Position numbers and translations under genes: made by a program
Assembly: GCF_009914755.1 (NCBI RefSeq)
Contig: NC_060936.1
Length of the DNA: 64,000 nt
Direction: 5' to 3' (one strand)
DNA from: the human T2T-CHM13v2.0 reference genome, Homo sapiens
Notes under the pieces: model-generated
Database searches by the model: none
What the model saw: the letters and a program-made list of their open reading frames with translations, nothing else
Told to the model about the DNA's origin: nothing
Part shown: positions 47,246-63,256 of the stretch, piece after piece
Numbering within the stretch: position 1 is the first letter of the stretch
Layout of the letters: each line of letters begins with the position of its first letter

Positions 47246-47435
47246 CTGCCCATTGAAGGTCATGCCCTCCTGGGACTTGATGAAGTCCCCATAGGCAAGG
47301 TTGGCTCGCTGAATCACTGTGGCAACTGCCTCCTGGTACTGGGGGGAGGAGGTGGCCAGCAGGGGGAGGGCAGCCAGGGGAATGTGGTCCTGACTGCTGG
47401 ACAGACAGCCTTCGTCATGGCTGTAGGGGCTGAGG
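47246..47435 (-). CDS. PITPNM2: PITPNM2 exon
   Basis: [27 protein letters not shown]...GMTFNGQ, 190 nt. Confidence 0.93.
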
Positions 47436-47849
47436 CTGGGGAGAGGGGCCAGTCAAGAGAGGGCAGGCGGCTCCAGCTCAGCCCAAAGGGCCCCTCTCCC
47501 CTGACCTGAGTCTCAGCCATGGACTCAGCATACGCTAGTGAGGACCCTTCCCGGCCAGGGCCTGGATAGGCTTGGGGGACCAGGGTGGGTAAGACCCCAT
47601 GTCTCAGAGGCAGGCCAATATCCCCACATTACACGTTTGGAAACGAAGGCTCAGCCATGGGCCCAGGCCTCCTGGGACTCGAGGCTTAGCCTGCGTGTAT
47701 ACGTTTGGGCACCTCCAGGTAGAAGGGGCTGGCCGGTGGGTCTGGACATCGGGGCAGGAGTCCTGAAACTGGGGAGCCACCTGAGGCCCAGGGGTAGGAG
47801 GAGGACAGTGCACTGCCGGAGGCTGCAATCAAGGGCAGATGCCACTCAC

Positions 47850-48097
47850 TTGGAGACCAGGGCAAAGGCGTCAGAGCAGACGGGCGGGCAGGGCACCAGG
47901 CGGATGGCAAGGCGGCCCAGGGCGCTGGGGTAGTGCACGCGCATGACGGTGTCGAACACGTTGGCGATGGTGTTAGCATCGCCCTTCTTGGAGCTGGGGT
48001 CCCCGGCGCCTGTGTCCAGGATGGTGCCTCCGTGCAGCACCAGTAGCAGCACGTGGATCTTGGAGGGCGGTGCAGCCAGCGGCTGGCTAACCTCGTC
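47850..48097 (-). CDS. PITPNM2: PITPNM2 exon
   Basis: [28 protein letters not shown]...AFALVS, 248 nt. Confidence 0.94.
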
Positions 48098-49341
48098 CTG
48101 CATGGGTTGGGGGACAGTGTCAGCTCCCCAGGGAACCCAGCTCCTTGCTGAGGCCCCTCTGTCACCCTTGTTGGGGGTGTGCCTCTTGCACGCAGCCCAA
48201 CTGCTCCCTCTGAGAACCCCAGTTTTGGTTACTCATGCCTGGAGCCTGGGGTTTGGCTGCCTCAACCCCTCCCCTGGGACTCTTGCAGGGACTGGAGCCT
48301 GCAGGAGGAGGCAGGGAGGTGGGCCTGTCCACTCCTCCTCCTGCAGCCCTGCTCCTGTCTGCCACCCTCACCAGGGGCACAGAGGACATGGAGGGAGGGA
48401 GTCCATTCCTTTGAGAGCATGAGCTCTGCTTCCTTCAGGGAGCCCGGGCAGTGGCTTCTGGGGCTTCCAGCTTTAGCGGGAGGCAGAGAGGTTCAGCCTG
48501 TCTTGGCCTTGGGGGCTGCCTGCCCTGTGTGTGTCTGTCTTGGCCTGAGCAGACAGGGCCACCACCAGCTCAAAGTTACAGAGGTCACCTGAGAATGGCT
48601 GGGGTCAGGGCATCCACAGCCTGAGTGGGCGGCAACCCCAGCTACTCTGCCTGCAGCTCCAAGCTCTCCCCCAAGTCATTCTCCCCAGGCCCCCACCCTA
48701 AGGCCCTGCCATTCCTGGCCTCTCTCTAAGACCAGGGTCTCCAAAAGGAGAGGTGTCCTGGTGGGGACGGAGCCCCAGCACCTTAGAGAGGAGGTCGATC
48801 AGATTTCAAGAGGTAATGACCCCACCTTCCTGCCAGGCCAGGCCTGCCTGTGAGGTCAAGGTGAGACCCTAGACCTGCACACTTGTGTAGGGGCTGCGAA
48901 CTGCTCCAGGCTGGGGGACTGGGCCAATATCACATAGCGTGTCGGTGCCAGGCTGGATCAGAATCTGAAGCCTCTGCCACTACTCAGCACTCTCCTGCCA
49001 GGCCAGGCTGTGGCCCTGTCCCCAGAGGTCACCCTCCCCTGCCCCAAGCTTCTGGTATGTGACCAGAGGATAGCAGCAGGGCCAGGGCCTGAGAGGGGCC
49101 ACTGATGAGTACTTGCTGTGTCCATATGATGTCTGGGGTGTGGGGGCAGGGAAGGGAGCTGAAGGGAGAGTCCTGCCTCCAAGAACCCGAGGAGACAGAC
49201 CAAGGAGCCAAAGCCATCTAGAGGGCTTGTGGTGGGGACAGCTGGCCCTGAACTGGCCAGGGGGTAGGGGTAGCACCAGGAACCAGGTGCCAACACAGAG
49301 GCTGGGTGGGTGGGGAGGGCAGGGGCTGGATCCAGGACTTA

Positions 49342-49827
<486 letters not shown>

Positions 49828-51302
49828 TCACATGGGGATTAGCCACCACTGGTTGGCCTGGACACAAACACACTCAGCCCAGGGCAGAGGGGGCCACCAG
49901 CTGCCCAGAACACATGGCAGGAGGGAACAACATGAGCCCTGTTGGGCTTTGACAAGGGCTTTTTTCCAGTCCAGTGAGGCGAAGGGCTTATGGAAGAAAT
50001 GTCTTACGCAGCCTTCACGACAGGGAGGTGACATCCAGCGGTACTTTGTCACCAGGGGATGAGAAGGGCTTGGCACTGGGGGCTGAGAGAATCCTGCATA
50101 GGCCTGTCTGACTGGGCTCAGCCCTGGAGATGATCCAGGGACCCCCAGAGGCCCCTGGAACACAGCCTCCCTACACTCAGCCTGCTTTCTCCAAGGGGAC
50201 ACCTGGCCTGCCCTGGGCTCTAGTTGGGGCTGAGCCCCCTGCAGCTGTAGAGGCATCCCCCTACTAGTGTCTCCACAAGGCAAGGAGCAGGGGCTCCGGT
50301 TTGGGGGTTCTTGCAAGCAAATGGATTTGGCTTTGGATGGCGGTACCCCAGAATCAGTGCTGGGTTCTGAACACACACCCCAAGGCAGATCCAGAGCCCC
50401 AGGCCCCTTCTGCCCCTCCCCTGGGGGGGCGTCAGAGCTGTGTGTGCTGCAGGTGGGGAAAGGGATCCGTTTGCTTATCTAGACATTAAGCAGCAATTGG
50501 AAATCAACTCCCCTTATTCCATGACCCTTTCTAGAAAGCTGACCTCGGCATCAGACCGCAAAGCAGAAAACCACAGGAGGGGGAGGCTGTGTGGATGTCC
50601 CTCCTCCTCCCCGCCTAGATTCCCCGGGGGCCCGAGTTCCCCACAGAAGTGGTGCTGCCTCCACCTTAGGTAGCTTGAGGCCAGAGCAGTGCGGTGACCG
50701 CAGGTGATGGTGGGACAGCCCAGCTCAGCCCTGGCTCCTGTCCCAGTGCAAACAGCTCTGACGGCCCGCAGGTGGAGGAGGATGGGGCATGAACTCCCAC
50801 AGAGAACCCCCGAAGCGGATACAGGCGCTCTACCAAGACAGTTTTATTGGACACACTGAGCTCCGCCTGCCTCCCGCGGGGCCATCTTGTCGGCCACGGC
50901 CACATCACTTCTGCCTAGACGACTGTCGCTTCCTCCCTTTTCGTCTTTTTATCTTCAGGGACAGCAGACAGGCTGGGCACAAGGTGAAGATCTTATTTTT
51001 GATCTGGAATTTACAAGTTTCTCATTTTACTTTCCCATGGGTGGAGCTTGGATAAGGCTTTCTCAGGGGTTGTCTGTAGTCCCTGGTTCTCGGGGACCTC
51101 AGAGACAGAGGGCGACAGGCGCCTTCCTAGCAGGGCAGCAAAAAAGGAGGCCCAGGCCTCTCCCCAGACAGTACCCAGGCAGGCGTGGAGGTGAGGCTGC
51201 CAGGCCCAGAGTTCCACCTCTGTAACCCCTCAGACTATTCCTCTGCACCCTGCCCCTCCCTTGGCGGCCATGCCCCTGTCCCTCTGACACCCGGGCACCC
51301 AC

Positions 51303-51373
51303 CTCTATGATGTTCAGCTGCTCCACACTGGAGGCCACCCTGAACTCAGGGGCACCCTGGCGGTACAGACCAT
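51303..51373 (-). CDS. PITPNM2: PITPNM2 exon
   Basis: DGLYRQGAPEFRVASSVEQLNIIE, 71 nt. Confidence 0.9.
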
Positions 51374-51578
51374 CTGCAAAGACACAGAAGCCGTGCTGTG
51401 AGCTGAGGGGCAGCCCAACCTGGCCGACCGGACAGAGGCTGCAACTGTGACGAGGGGAGCTTGGGGGTCCCCAACTCACATGTATGCCCAGCACTGTGCA
51501 GAAGCTGGTCAGAAAGGAGGGGGCTGAAGCCCTGCAACCGCCCTCCCCAGGCTCTGCAGCACCCCCAGACCTGCTGAC

Positions 51579-51683
51579 CTTGTGTGTCTTCCGGCTCTGG
51601 GCTCTCGATCTTGTCCATGAGGTCATTGGAGCTCCACTTGGTGATGTCCTTGGGGAACATTTCCTCTGTGTCGGACAGGTCCT
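51579..51683 (-). CDS. PITPNM2: PITPNM2 exon
   Basis: EDLSDTEEMFPKDITKWSSNDLMDKIESPEPEDTQ, 105 nt. Confidence 0.93.
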
Positions 51684-51839
51684 CTGGAGAGGAGAGAGGG
51701 AAACTCAGGTGGGACTGGGAACGCTGGGGAAGCCTGGCTTCCCGAGGTGGGGACGCCCCTGTGTACGGCTCTGCTCTGACCGTTCCTCAACAGGACGGCC
51801 ACACAGCCCCACACCTTGGGCATCTTCCTGACCATTACA

Positions 51840-53690
<1,851 letters not shown>

Positions 53691-54918
53691 TAAGAAGTGC
53701 TGCTATGAACACCGCCTCCAAGACTCCTCCTCCTGCTCCTCTGAGAACTTCTGCCCAGGACCACCAGGCTCATGGCTACTGTCTGGCTCTGGCACTTGCC
53801 GGCCCCCCTCCAGTCCTGGATGGGCTCCTGGGCCCATTTCCCCAGGACACCGCTGTCCTGGCACTTCCTGCTTTGCTGTCTTTTTTACAGCTTTTTCTAT
53901 GTGAAATACGTATTGTCCTCTCATCAGGGTCAGAGAGCCACCTGGGAGGGGTGGGACGCCAAGAGGCCCCTCCTCCGTCCTGGGCAAGGCTCCTGGTGCA
54001 GAGGCCAGCTCGGGAGTCCCCAGCCACCATTCCAGGTCCTCCAGTCCCAGGGCCAAACCAGGCACCTTTCTTCTGCCTGGACACTGACTCCCCAGGTTCC
54101 TTCCCTTGAGGGCAGCTGGCCAGTTAACCAAAATGCCACCTTATGTGGTTCCTGTGCCCCTCCAAGCCACAGTGGTGACATGAGATCTGGTGCTGCCTGT
54201 GTCTGCTGAGTGCCTATGGGCTCGCCCCCATCCCTTTCTGAGCCTCTGAGCTGCTGTGTGAACTTTGGGCTGGCTCAGCCACTGGCTTGCAGAGGGACCC
54301 AAGCCCCCAACCCCTACACCTGCTGGCCCCTCCAGCTTCCTGGAGAGGAATGGCTGGGGCACCAAGCAGGCGAGCGCTGTATGCATGCCTCTTCCTGGCA
54401 CAGGTGGTGCATCTGCTGTATGGTCATGCGCTTATTTTGGGACTAGTGGGAAAATGGGCACTTCACATGTTTTCTGCTTATTGCATTTTCTAAAGTGCCT
54501 GCATTAGATGTGGTATTAATTTAATCAAGAAGAAATAAGGTAAGTACAAAAAATTAGAAAATTAAAAGAAGTTATGCTTCCATGGAAATAAATTCACATA
54601 CGGAATAAAGCCCTAGTCTGATGGTGTATCCTTATTTGGGGTTTCAAGAGCGCAGTCCCCATCTGCCAGGCCCACAGCACATCCTGATATCGGGTTCTGA
54701 GACCCCAGACTCAAGGGAACAAGATGACCTCATCTCATCCTCTGTGCACTGCCCCAAACACCAGGCTGTCCACCTGGGACAGTGCAGGTATAGGGACTGG
54801 ATATAGAATAGTAACAGGCAACACCCGCATCAGTCCACACCCACACCCTAAGCCCTTTCAGACCCCTCCCCACCTCGCCCAGGAAGGCCCCAAGGACTGC
54901 AGAGCGCTGCCTGCCTAC

Positions 54919-55014
54919 CGTGCGCATCGAAGAACTCATCATCTGAGCTCTCATCCGAGTCCCTGGCAATACTCTGCATCCTCCACTCTGAGATGCTGTG
55001 GCGGGAAGGACTCG
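54919..55014 (-). CDS. PITPNM2: PITPNM2 exon carrying the FFAT motif (VAP binding)
   Basis: SPSRHSISEWRMQSIARDSDESSDDEFFDAH(E), 96 nt. Confidence 0.94.
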
Positions 55015-55764
55015 CTGGAAGGCAAAACCCCAGATTGACCGCCAACTGGAGAGGAAGGGCCCAGAGGCTGCCCTGAGCCGGCAGGAGGCAGGGAGGGCCA
55101 CCCACAGGCCTGACAGGCATCACAGAGGCTGCCACAGGAGCCAGGAAGGTTCCGAAGAGAATGAAGTGTGTAAATGAGTGGGGAGCGGCCTAGGCTCATC
55201 TCCTGTCCGCCTGGCACAAGGCAGTCATGTCCCGGGGAGCATGGGTGGGGAAGAGCATGACAGACATAAGCCCAGGACGTGGGGTAAGACAGGCCTGGGT
55301 CCACTCCTGGGCCTCTGACCTGAGTCTGACCAAGAGCAAACTCCTGAAATTTGGCCACAGCAGGGCCCAGGCGGGAGATGAGTGAGCCAGGCCTGCCTGC
55401 TGGAGAAGCTGGCTCCACCCAGGGTGCCTGGGTTGATCCTTAATCTCAGGGTCTGAAGTCTCCTAGGGTCCCCATCAGGAGGGGTGGCCCCTCCACCGCG
55501 CTGCAGGAGCCCAGCCACCTCCACTGCTCCTATGGGTAGCACTGTCTTCCCTGGGCATGGAGGGGAAGTGTTGGGGAGCCCACTGGGGCAGGGCCCAGGC
55601 TTCCCTGTGTGCGAGGACTAGCCCAGGGCTCTGACTCCCTCTGGGCTTGGTGCCTCAATGTCCATGGGAAAGAACTCTGAGGAGGTGCAGTGATCCAGCA
55701 GTGTGTGGGGCTGCCTTGAGGGGAGGGACCTTGAGTGTGGGTGGCAGGTGGCGCAGGGCCTTAC

Positions 55765-56073
55765 CTCCCCGCTTGGACGACCGAGACGACTTGGAGGATG
55801 TGGACCACTGTTTCTTGAGGCCGCGCCCCACTAGGGGCTCCCCATTGCTGCTGCTGGGCTCCGGGGGCTCCCCAGAGGTCTGGTCCGAGACGGCTTCGTG
55901 CTTGACGAGCTCAGTGGCCTCCTCACCATCCTCATTGAACTGGGCCATCTTACGGGAAAGCATGAGCTGTGCCTCCTTCTCCAGCTCCCGGATGTTCTCC
56001 ATGCTCAGCCCATACCACTCGTCCTGCCAGCACCAGGCCTGCCGGTGAGCCCGCACCATCACCCTCCGTAGTC
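55765..56073 (-). CDS. PITPNM2: PITPNM2 exon (end of PITP domain plus linker)
   Basis: LRRVMVRAHRQAWCWQDEWYGLSMENIRELEKE...SSKRG, 309 nt. Confidence 0.95.
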
Positions 56074-56344
56074 CTGTGCCCCATGGGGATCAGAGAGGGA
56101 GAGACGAGGGGAGGGAGGTCAGCGCAGGAGCCTGCACGGAAGTGTGGGGCCCAGGCAGGGGCTTTGGGAGGCTGTACCCATGTTGCAGGTCAAACTAAAG
56201 TCACTGCCTGTCTGTGCCTCAGTTTCCCCATTTGTAAAATAAGGGGACTGGCTCACAGATAGTCTCACAAGCTCATAGTGGTTCTATAATTAGAGTGGAG
56301 GGGCCTCCCAAAGCAATGTGTCCGGTCAGAAGCCACAGTTGGAA

Positions 56345-57495
<1,151 letters not shown>

Positions 57496-60371
57496 AGCAA
57501 TGAGACATCCACATCCACAGCCCCAGCGAAGAAACACACCATCGCCGGCGACAGGGAGCCCTCCACTCGCCTGGCCCCTGACAGTTGGCCCCGAATTTTG
57601 CTTGTCATGCGTTTTGCCTTCTGGTCTCAGCACACAGATGTGTTTTCCTGCACACTGTATCAGGCTGGTATGGCTGTTGCTGAATTCCGCATCTATGTGT
57701 CACGCTGTATTTTTCTGCCACTTGCTTCTCTGGGTGAGTTTTGTCCATGGATGCACGCGTGGGGGCTTTGGCTCATCAAGCTGGGATTGTGTGGCATCCG
57801 TGTGTGTGTGAAATGCCACATTTCATTGATTCCTTTTCCTGCCAATGGGCCTTTGGCTAATTTACATTGTTTCTCCATTTTGCTTTCATAAACCTGGTGC
57901 TCTGAATGAACATTCCAGAACAGGCATGGGGATTTCTCCAGGGGACAAACCTGGGAGAAGCAATCTCAGGGCATGTACCCCCGCCTCCCCTAGAGCATGC
58001 TGAGCGGGTTTGCAAGCAGTTGGGCCACGCCAGGCTCCCAGGCTGGTCTCCTGTGTACCCTCTTTTCCTGCCTCCTCACTTCCCACCCCTGGCTTTGCTC
58101 AGCCTTCCTTTCTAAATCCCATCCATTCTTAAAGACCTCTCTGTGGGATGGAGTCCTGTGTCCCCTGCCCAAGCCCCAGGGGTGGCCTCAGATGTGGCAC
58201 ACTGAAGAGCCTTGGTTACCTTTTCTGGGACTGTCTGCTGGCCTCACAGGGCTGCCAGGAAGGGCCGCATCCCTTGCTCTACCCTATATAGGGAAATGCC
58301 TCCTCCTGGGGTGACCGGAAGGGCTGGGACATGCACTACATCTGGGGCCAGGCAGTAATGAGGACAGCTGAGAGCTGTCCCAACCCCCAGGAGTTGCCTC
58401 CTCAAGGCCCCCAAGAAGCCCAGCGTAGCTCACATGAGTTCACGAGATCATCCCCGTGATATTATAGGACTAGTACTCACAGTTGTCATCAAGCTCCACC
58501 TATGTGCCACACCCCATCTTCAGTTCTGAACCCACGGTCTCGGCCCACAACAGTCCGATAGGATCGGTGTCATTACACCCATTTTACAGAAGAGAAAAGC
58601 AAAGCTCAGTGAGGCTGAGAGACCACAGAGCCACTACGTGTGAGTCAGGCCTGGACTCTAAAGTTGTCTTCTTTCTTCCCACCAGCCACAAGCTCCTGCT
58701 TTCTGAGGGGAGAACTGACTTTCAGGGAGCTGGGGAGTCTCTGCAGCTTGGCCAGGATCTCAGCTGCTGGGTAGGGCTAGGGAGAGCCAAGCAGACCCAC
58801 AGAGCCAGAGTGCCAGGAGCTGCAGCCTTAGTAGGTCTGCTGGGTGTCCTGTGCAGGGCTGAACCTAGAGAAGCCTTGAGGAGAGGGTGGGACGAGTCAC
58901 CAGCGCTGATGTGTTCAGGTTCCTGGAGGTCGAGAAGGGCGGTAGGGGACGCCCTGCCCAGGATAGGGGAGCCCCTCCCAGTCCTGCCCACATGCTCCTC
59001 CACTCCTCATATTGCCTGGGAAGTGAGAACCACCATTCCCATTTTGAGGCTTCAGCACTGGGGTTGCAGGTCCCAGTCTGTGAGCCCTGGGTAATGGGGA
59101 GAGGCAGGTTTGGGCCAATCTAAGCTCCCATGGGGTTAGAGAGATGGATTGTGGGAATGCATCCCTCTCAATGGATGGGACAGCTTCCTTCTCTTCCTGC
59201 CACCTCTCCCAGCTGCTGATTGACACCGCAGCAGCCCTTCTGGAAAAAGAATGGTGGACAATGTGTCTGAGTGTTCTGCCCTGGGGATGGAGGTGGTGAC
59301 ACCAACACACCCATCGAGGCCCTGTCCACGTCTTCGCTTCTCCAAGTGGAAGACCGCGTCCTTGGACCCCAATCCTTTCGGGTACACATCCACCCTTCCC
59401 TTGGGGTCACAGCCCCAACACTGAACATGGCTGTCTAGTGAGACACCTCCCTTACTGATGCTAAGAACAGGAGGATGTTAATTCAGGACAAGGGTGGCTG
59501 GGATGGGAGGCAGATCTAGTTCAGCCCCAGTGTTGGGTCTCTGCTTCCTCCTGCATAAGTGGAGTGACAATGCCTACCCTCATGGGTTATCGTAAGCTTA
59601 CGTGACAAGCGTGATATGTACTGTCAACAGTGTGGCTCTGTTCAATCTTAAATAAAGTCACCCTTGCTCATGGCATCACAAGGTGTCTGGCTGGGGTGCC
59701 TTTTGGGTCATGGGCCTCAGGGACCGGAACCAGCTCTTGGAATGACATCATGCTATGACCTCGGCAGAGGGGGGTTTAGGGCTCTAGGTGAGGAAATGGC
59801 ACTCACTGCACCAGGACCCCCAGGCCATCTGCTGTCTACCTGTTCCATGGGCACCTACTCTGGCTAGGCTGGTGTGGGTGTGAAGGCCACTATGATGTCT
59901 GAGACACCCTGCTCCTGGGAGCTTCCAGCCCAGTGAGGGAGGCTGAGCTGTGGCCCTGGGTTCTGGGCCTCCTTGAGTAGAGGAAACAAAGGCCTGGGAG
60001 CCCAGAGGCCCAGATGAGCAGCAGGGAACCTGTCCCCAGGGGCTACTCAGACCTGTGGAGTGTGGGCTACTCTTTATCAAATGCGAACTAGGTCAGGAAT
60101 GTCTGGGGGCAGTGCCTAGGGCTTCTTCATCCAACAACACACACTGCTTGTCTCTGCAGATGCTCAGTAAGTATTCATGGATGTTCAAGATAACCCATGG
60201 CTGGCGGGTAGTGGGGAAGCTGGACATGGGCTTTGGTGTCACCTTCCCAGAACAAAACAGAAACGCAGACTCCCAGGCAGACATGCAAAGAGAGGAGGCA
60301 GACAGGCAGGTGACAGGAGACAGAGGGGTTGGGTAGCCCAGCCACTGCCCACCTGGCATGGGTGTGCTCAC

Positions 60372-60599
60372 CGGTGTCGTGGATGAACCTCTCGATCTTG
60401 GACTGCATGCCCCAGTAGCGGAACTCCACCTTGCAGAGCTTGTATGCGCACATGATGGGGAAGACCTGCTTCTTGTACTCCTCGATCCAGTTCTCGGACA
60501 GGGGCCCCCGCTGGGTCTTGGTTGACTGGAACAGCTTGGGGTCCTCTTCTGTCTTATACTCGTTGTGGGGCACAGGGTCTTTGACAATGTCGATGAAGT
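60372..60599 (-). CDS. PITPNM2: PITPNM2 exon (PITP domain)
   Basis: FIDIVKDPVPHNEYKTEEDPKLFQSTKTQRGPL...MCAYKLCKVEFRYWGMQSKIERFIHDT, 228 nt. Confidence 0.95.
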
Positions 60600-61188
60600 C
60601 TGTGGGTAAACCCTTAGAGTGGCCACTTCTGCCCTGACCTCAACCCCCACCCACATCTCTCCATGTTCCTCCACCCCCAAATCCTCCCAGGACTCTGGGC
60701 CTTGCCCTGCCAGAGGGACCCTGGGAGTGAGGATCATGTTCTGGGCAGCTCTGACCTCAAAATCCCTGACAGTGGGGCCTGCAGTTTCCTTGGTGCATTC
60801 ATTCATTCAGATAAGGGTCTTGCTATGTTGCCCAGGCTCAAGCACTCCTCCCACCTCAGCCTCTCAAAGTGCTGAGATTACAGGTATGAGCCAACGAGCC
60901 TGGCCCCTTGTTGCCTTTTCAAGTCATTTCAGCAAAACCCATGTTCTGAGTGCACCCTACCTCTTGGCAAAGCAGATAAATAAGGCAATGAGGAAACACT
61001 GGGGAGATGAATTTCCATGAAGAATACAGGGTGGGAGGAACAGAAGAGAAGGCTAGGAAAAGCTTCCCACAAAGACGGTGTTTCAGCCAGAGGGGTGGAA
61101 TCAAGAGGTCAAGAATGTCCCAGCAGCACCGGCCCTTGAACAAGAGGTGGGGGGTTCTGGGGAAGGAACCACCAGGGTGTCTGCGTGA

Positions 61189-61250
61189 GGAGAAGGATGG
61201 CAGCAGTCACAGAGCAATGGGGATGCCCTGGACATGCCGGCCACTTCTCT
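61189..61250 (-). ncRNA. MIR4304: Annotated microRNA precursor mir-4304, intronic and sense to PITPNM2
   Basis: The minus strand reads AGAGAAGUGG-CCGGCAUGUCCAGGGCA-...CCAUCCUUCUCC. This matches my recollection of mir-4304 (mature part 61224-61240). Terminal arms pair only weakly. Confidence 0.75.
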
Positions 61251-61999
61251 CCAAGCTAGGAGACCGGACAGTTCCCTGAGAGCCAAGTGGACCCAGGTAT
61301 AGATCTGAGGCTGAGAGGGATGCAGGCAGGCTGGCCTGTTGGAAAAGCCTTCCTGGACAGAGACCGGAAGAGATGTCTGAAGAGGCCTACAGGGGGTGTC
61401 TGGCCAAGCTTGCTCCAGGCTAGGCCTGAGAGCAGGGGCAGATGCCACAGAGGTAGGAGTGCAGAAAACAGGCTTAGGGGCTGACAGGACCTGGTGAGGG
61501 TGACAAGAAGATGGGTGATGGCTCTGGGCAGGACGTAGGCCAGGCCACTTATGATCACAGGCTTCCCCTCCACAGCAGCATCTCAGAGCCCTCCTGTGTG
61601 CTCACTCCCGAGGCACATGTGTGTTGGGCAGGACTGGGGCACTCACTGGGTGAGAAAGAGCCCCAGTAAAGGGTTTGTGGCTCACAGAACCCTTTTTTGC
61701 GGTCGGTTCTGCTCTAGCCAGGCCCTTGGCTGCCTCATTTTCTCCAATGTGTGGGCCCCTCTGTATCCAGGCTGCAGACTGCAGACACAGACATCAGCTC
61801 CACCAAAATCAGCAGGGTCAGGAGCAAGTCTGAGGACCACAGAATGCCAGGAGGGATGAGCACTCTTCCTGGAGCAGACCATATGCCCTGCCCATGTGAG
61901 CCGGCAAAGACCCTGCATGGGAAATGTCACAGAGACTTAGGACCCATGGCAGCTGGCCTCAGAGGGAGCCTGCAGAGCTCTGGCAGTGTCAGGGCTGCC

Positions 62000-62435
62000 T
62001 GCTATGGGAAGAGCTATGTACACCCCAACCCCAATTCCTACGCTGACGTACTGAACACAGTGCCTCAGAATGTGATCTTATCTAGAGATAAGGTTTTCAA
62101 AGAGGTAATCAAGTTAAAAGTAAGGCCATTAAGGTGGGTCCTAACCCAGTATGACTGGTGTTTTTATAAGAAGAGGAGACAAAGAGGTAGACAGACACAG
62201 AGGGGAGTGACCATGTGACGAACGAGGCAGAGATTGGAGGGATGCTTCTACAAGTCAAGGAGCACCAAGGACTGCCGGCAAGCAGACACTGAAGGGGCCT
62301 GAACAGAGTCTTCCCCAGGGGGAAGAACCCACCATGCTGTGATCTCAGACTTCTGGCCTCCAGAGCCCCGAGAGAATAACTGTGTGTTGTGCAAGCCACT
62401 CATGCTATGACGCTTTGTTTCGCAGACCCAGGAAA
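62000..62435 (+). mobile_element. MLT1-type MaLR solo LTR
   Basis: cagaatgtgatcttat...gtgggtcctaacccagtatgactggtg...gaggcagagattggag...gacttctggcctccag. Confidence 0.8.
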
Positions 62436-63134
62436 TCCCAGCAGAGGTGGGGGGGTTGGGCCTGGAGCAGCTCCTGGGCCATGGACACCCACCCCCAACC
62501 CGCATGCCCTGCCTGAGATGCCTCCACAGTGACTTGGGCCTTGTACCCAGAGGCTGCAGGAGGGTGGCTGCTGAGCTGCACTGGCCCACATATGTGTTTT
62601 GTTTCACTGGCATACATTTATTTACAAAGATTTTTAATTGGTTGCTAACATTTAGTATTGGGAGATTTCTCATGAACATCCTTATCACTGGCTTCTCTTG
62701 AAAATGAAGATTTAACAAATGGGGCCCATCCCCTACATGTCACTGTCATCTGGAGGTAGTGGGTAGGGCACCCACCATCAAGAGGACATAGACCCCATTA
62801 TGTGCCGGGGGCACTTGTGCATGGCTGTCAGCTAGAGATGGATGCCCGAGCCCATATGTACTTCTGGGGAGTAGGGATCCCGCAAAGGGATGGAGGGAAG
62901 CGGCTCTGGGTGGAAAAGGCACTTGGACTTGGTGTATATATCAGGAGAATGGGGCTGAGAAGGCCTGCCCTGCCTCCCCCATGGGCCCCATGCTTGCTCC
63001 AACTCTGACCTGCCTGCCCAGGACAGGGCCAGGTCTGGAGTCTACCAGGTGTGGGGAAAAGGGGCAGGACAAGAGGGACCTGTGGGTAGGAAACCCAGAG
63101 TACAGCCCTGTGGGGCTCTGCCCTTCCTGGTTAC

Positions 63135-63256
63135 CGATTGTCAGCTGGTTCTTTTCCACAGGAGAGAGGTTGAACACGTCGGGGTTTTCTCCAGCATCAG
63201 TTTTATAAAAGGTTTCAATGTCGATGGAGAATTTCTCCACGAAAGGACAGGTGAAC
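63135..63256 (-). CDS. PITPNM2: PITPNM2 exon (PITP domain); upstream exons lie beyond the window
   Basis: FTCPFVEKFSIDIETFYKTDAGENPDVFNLSPVEKNQLTI, 122 nt. Confidence 0.95.

Noticed and set aside
58483-59094. 203-aa plus-strand ORF in a PITPNM2 intron
   Set aside because: It has a non-ATG start, overlaps MIR-like sequence, and shows no domain or splice support.
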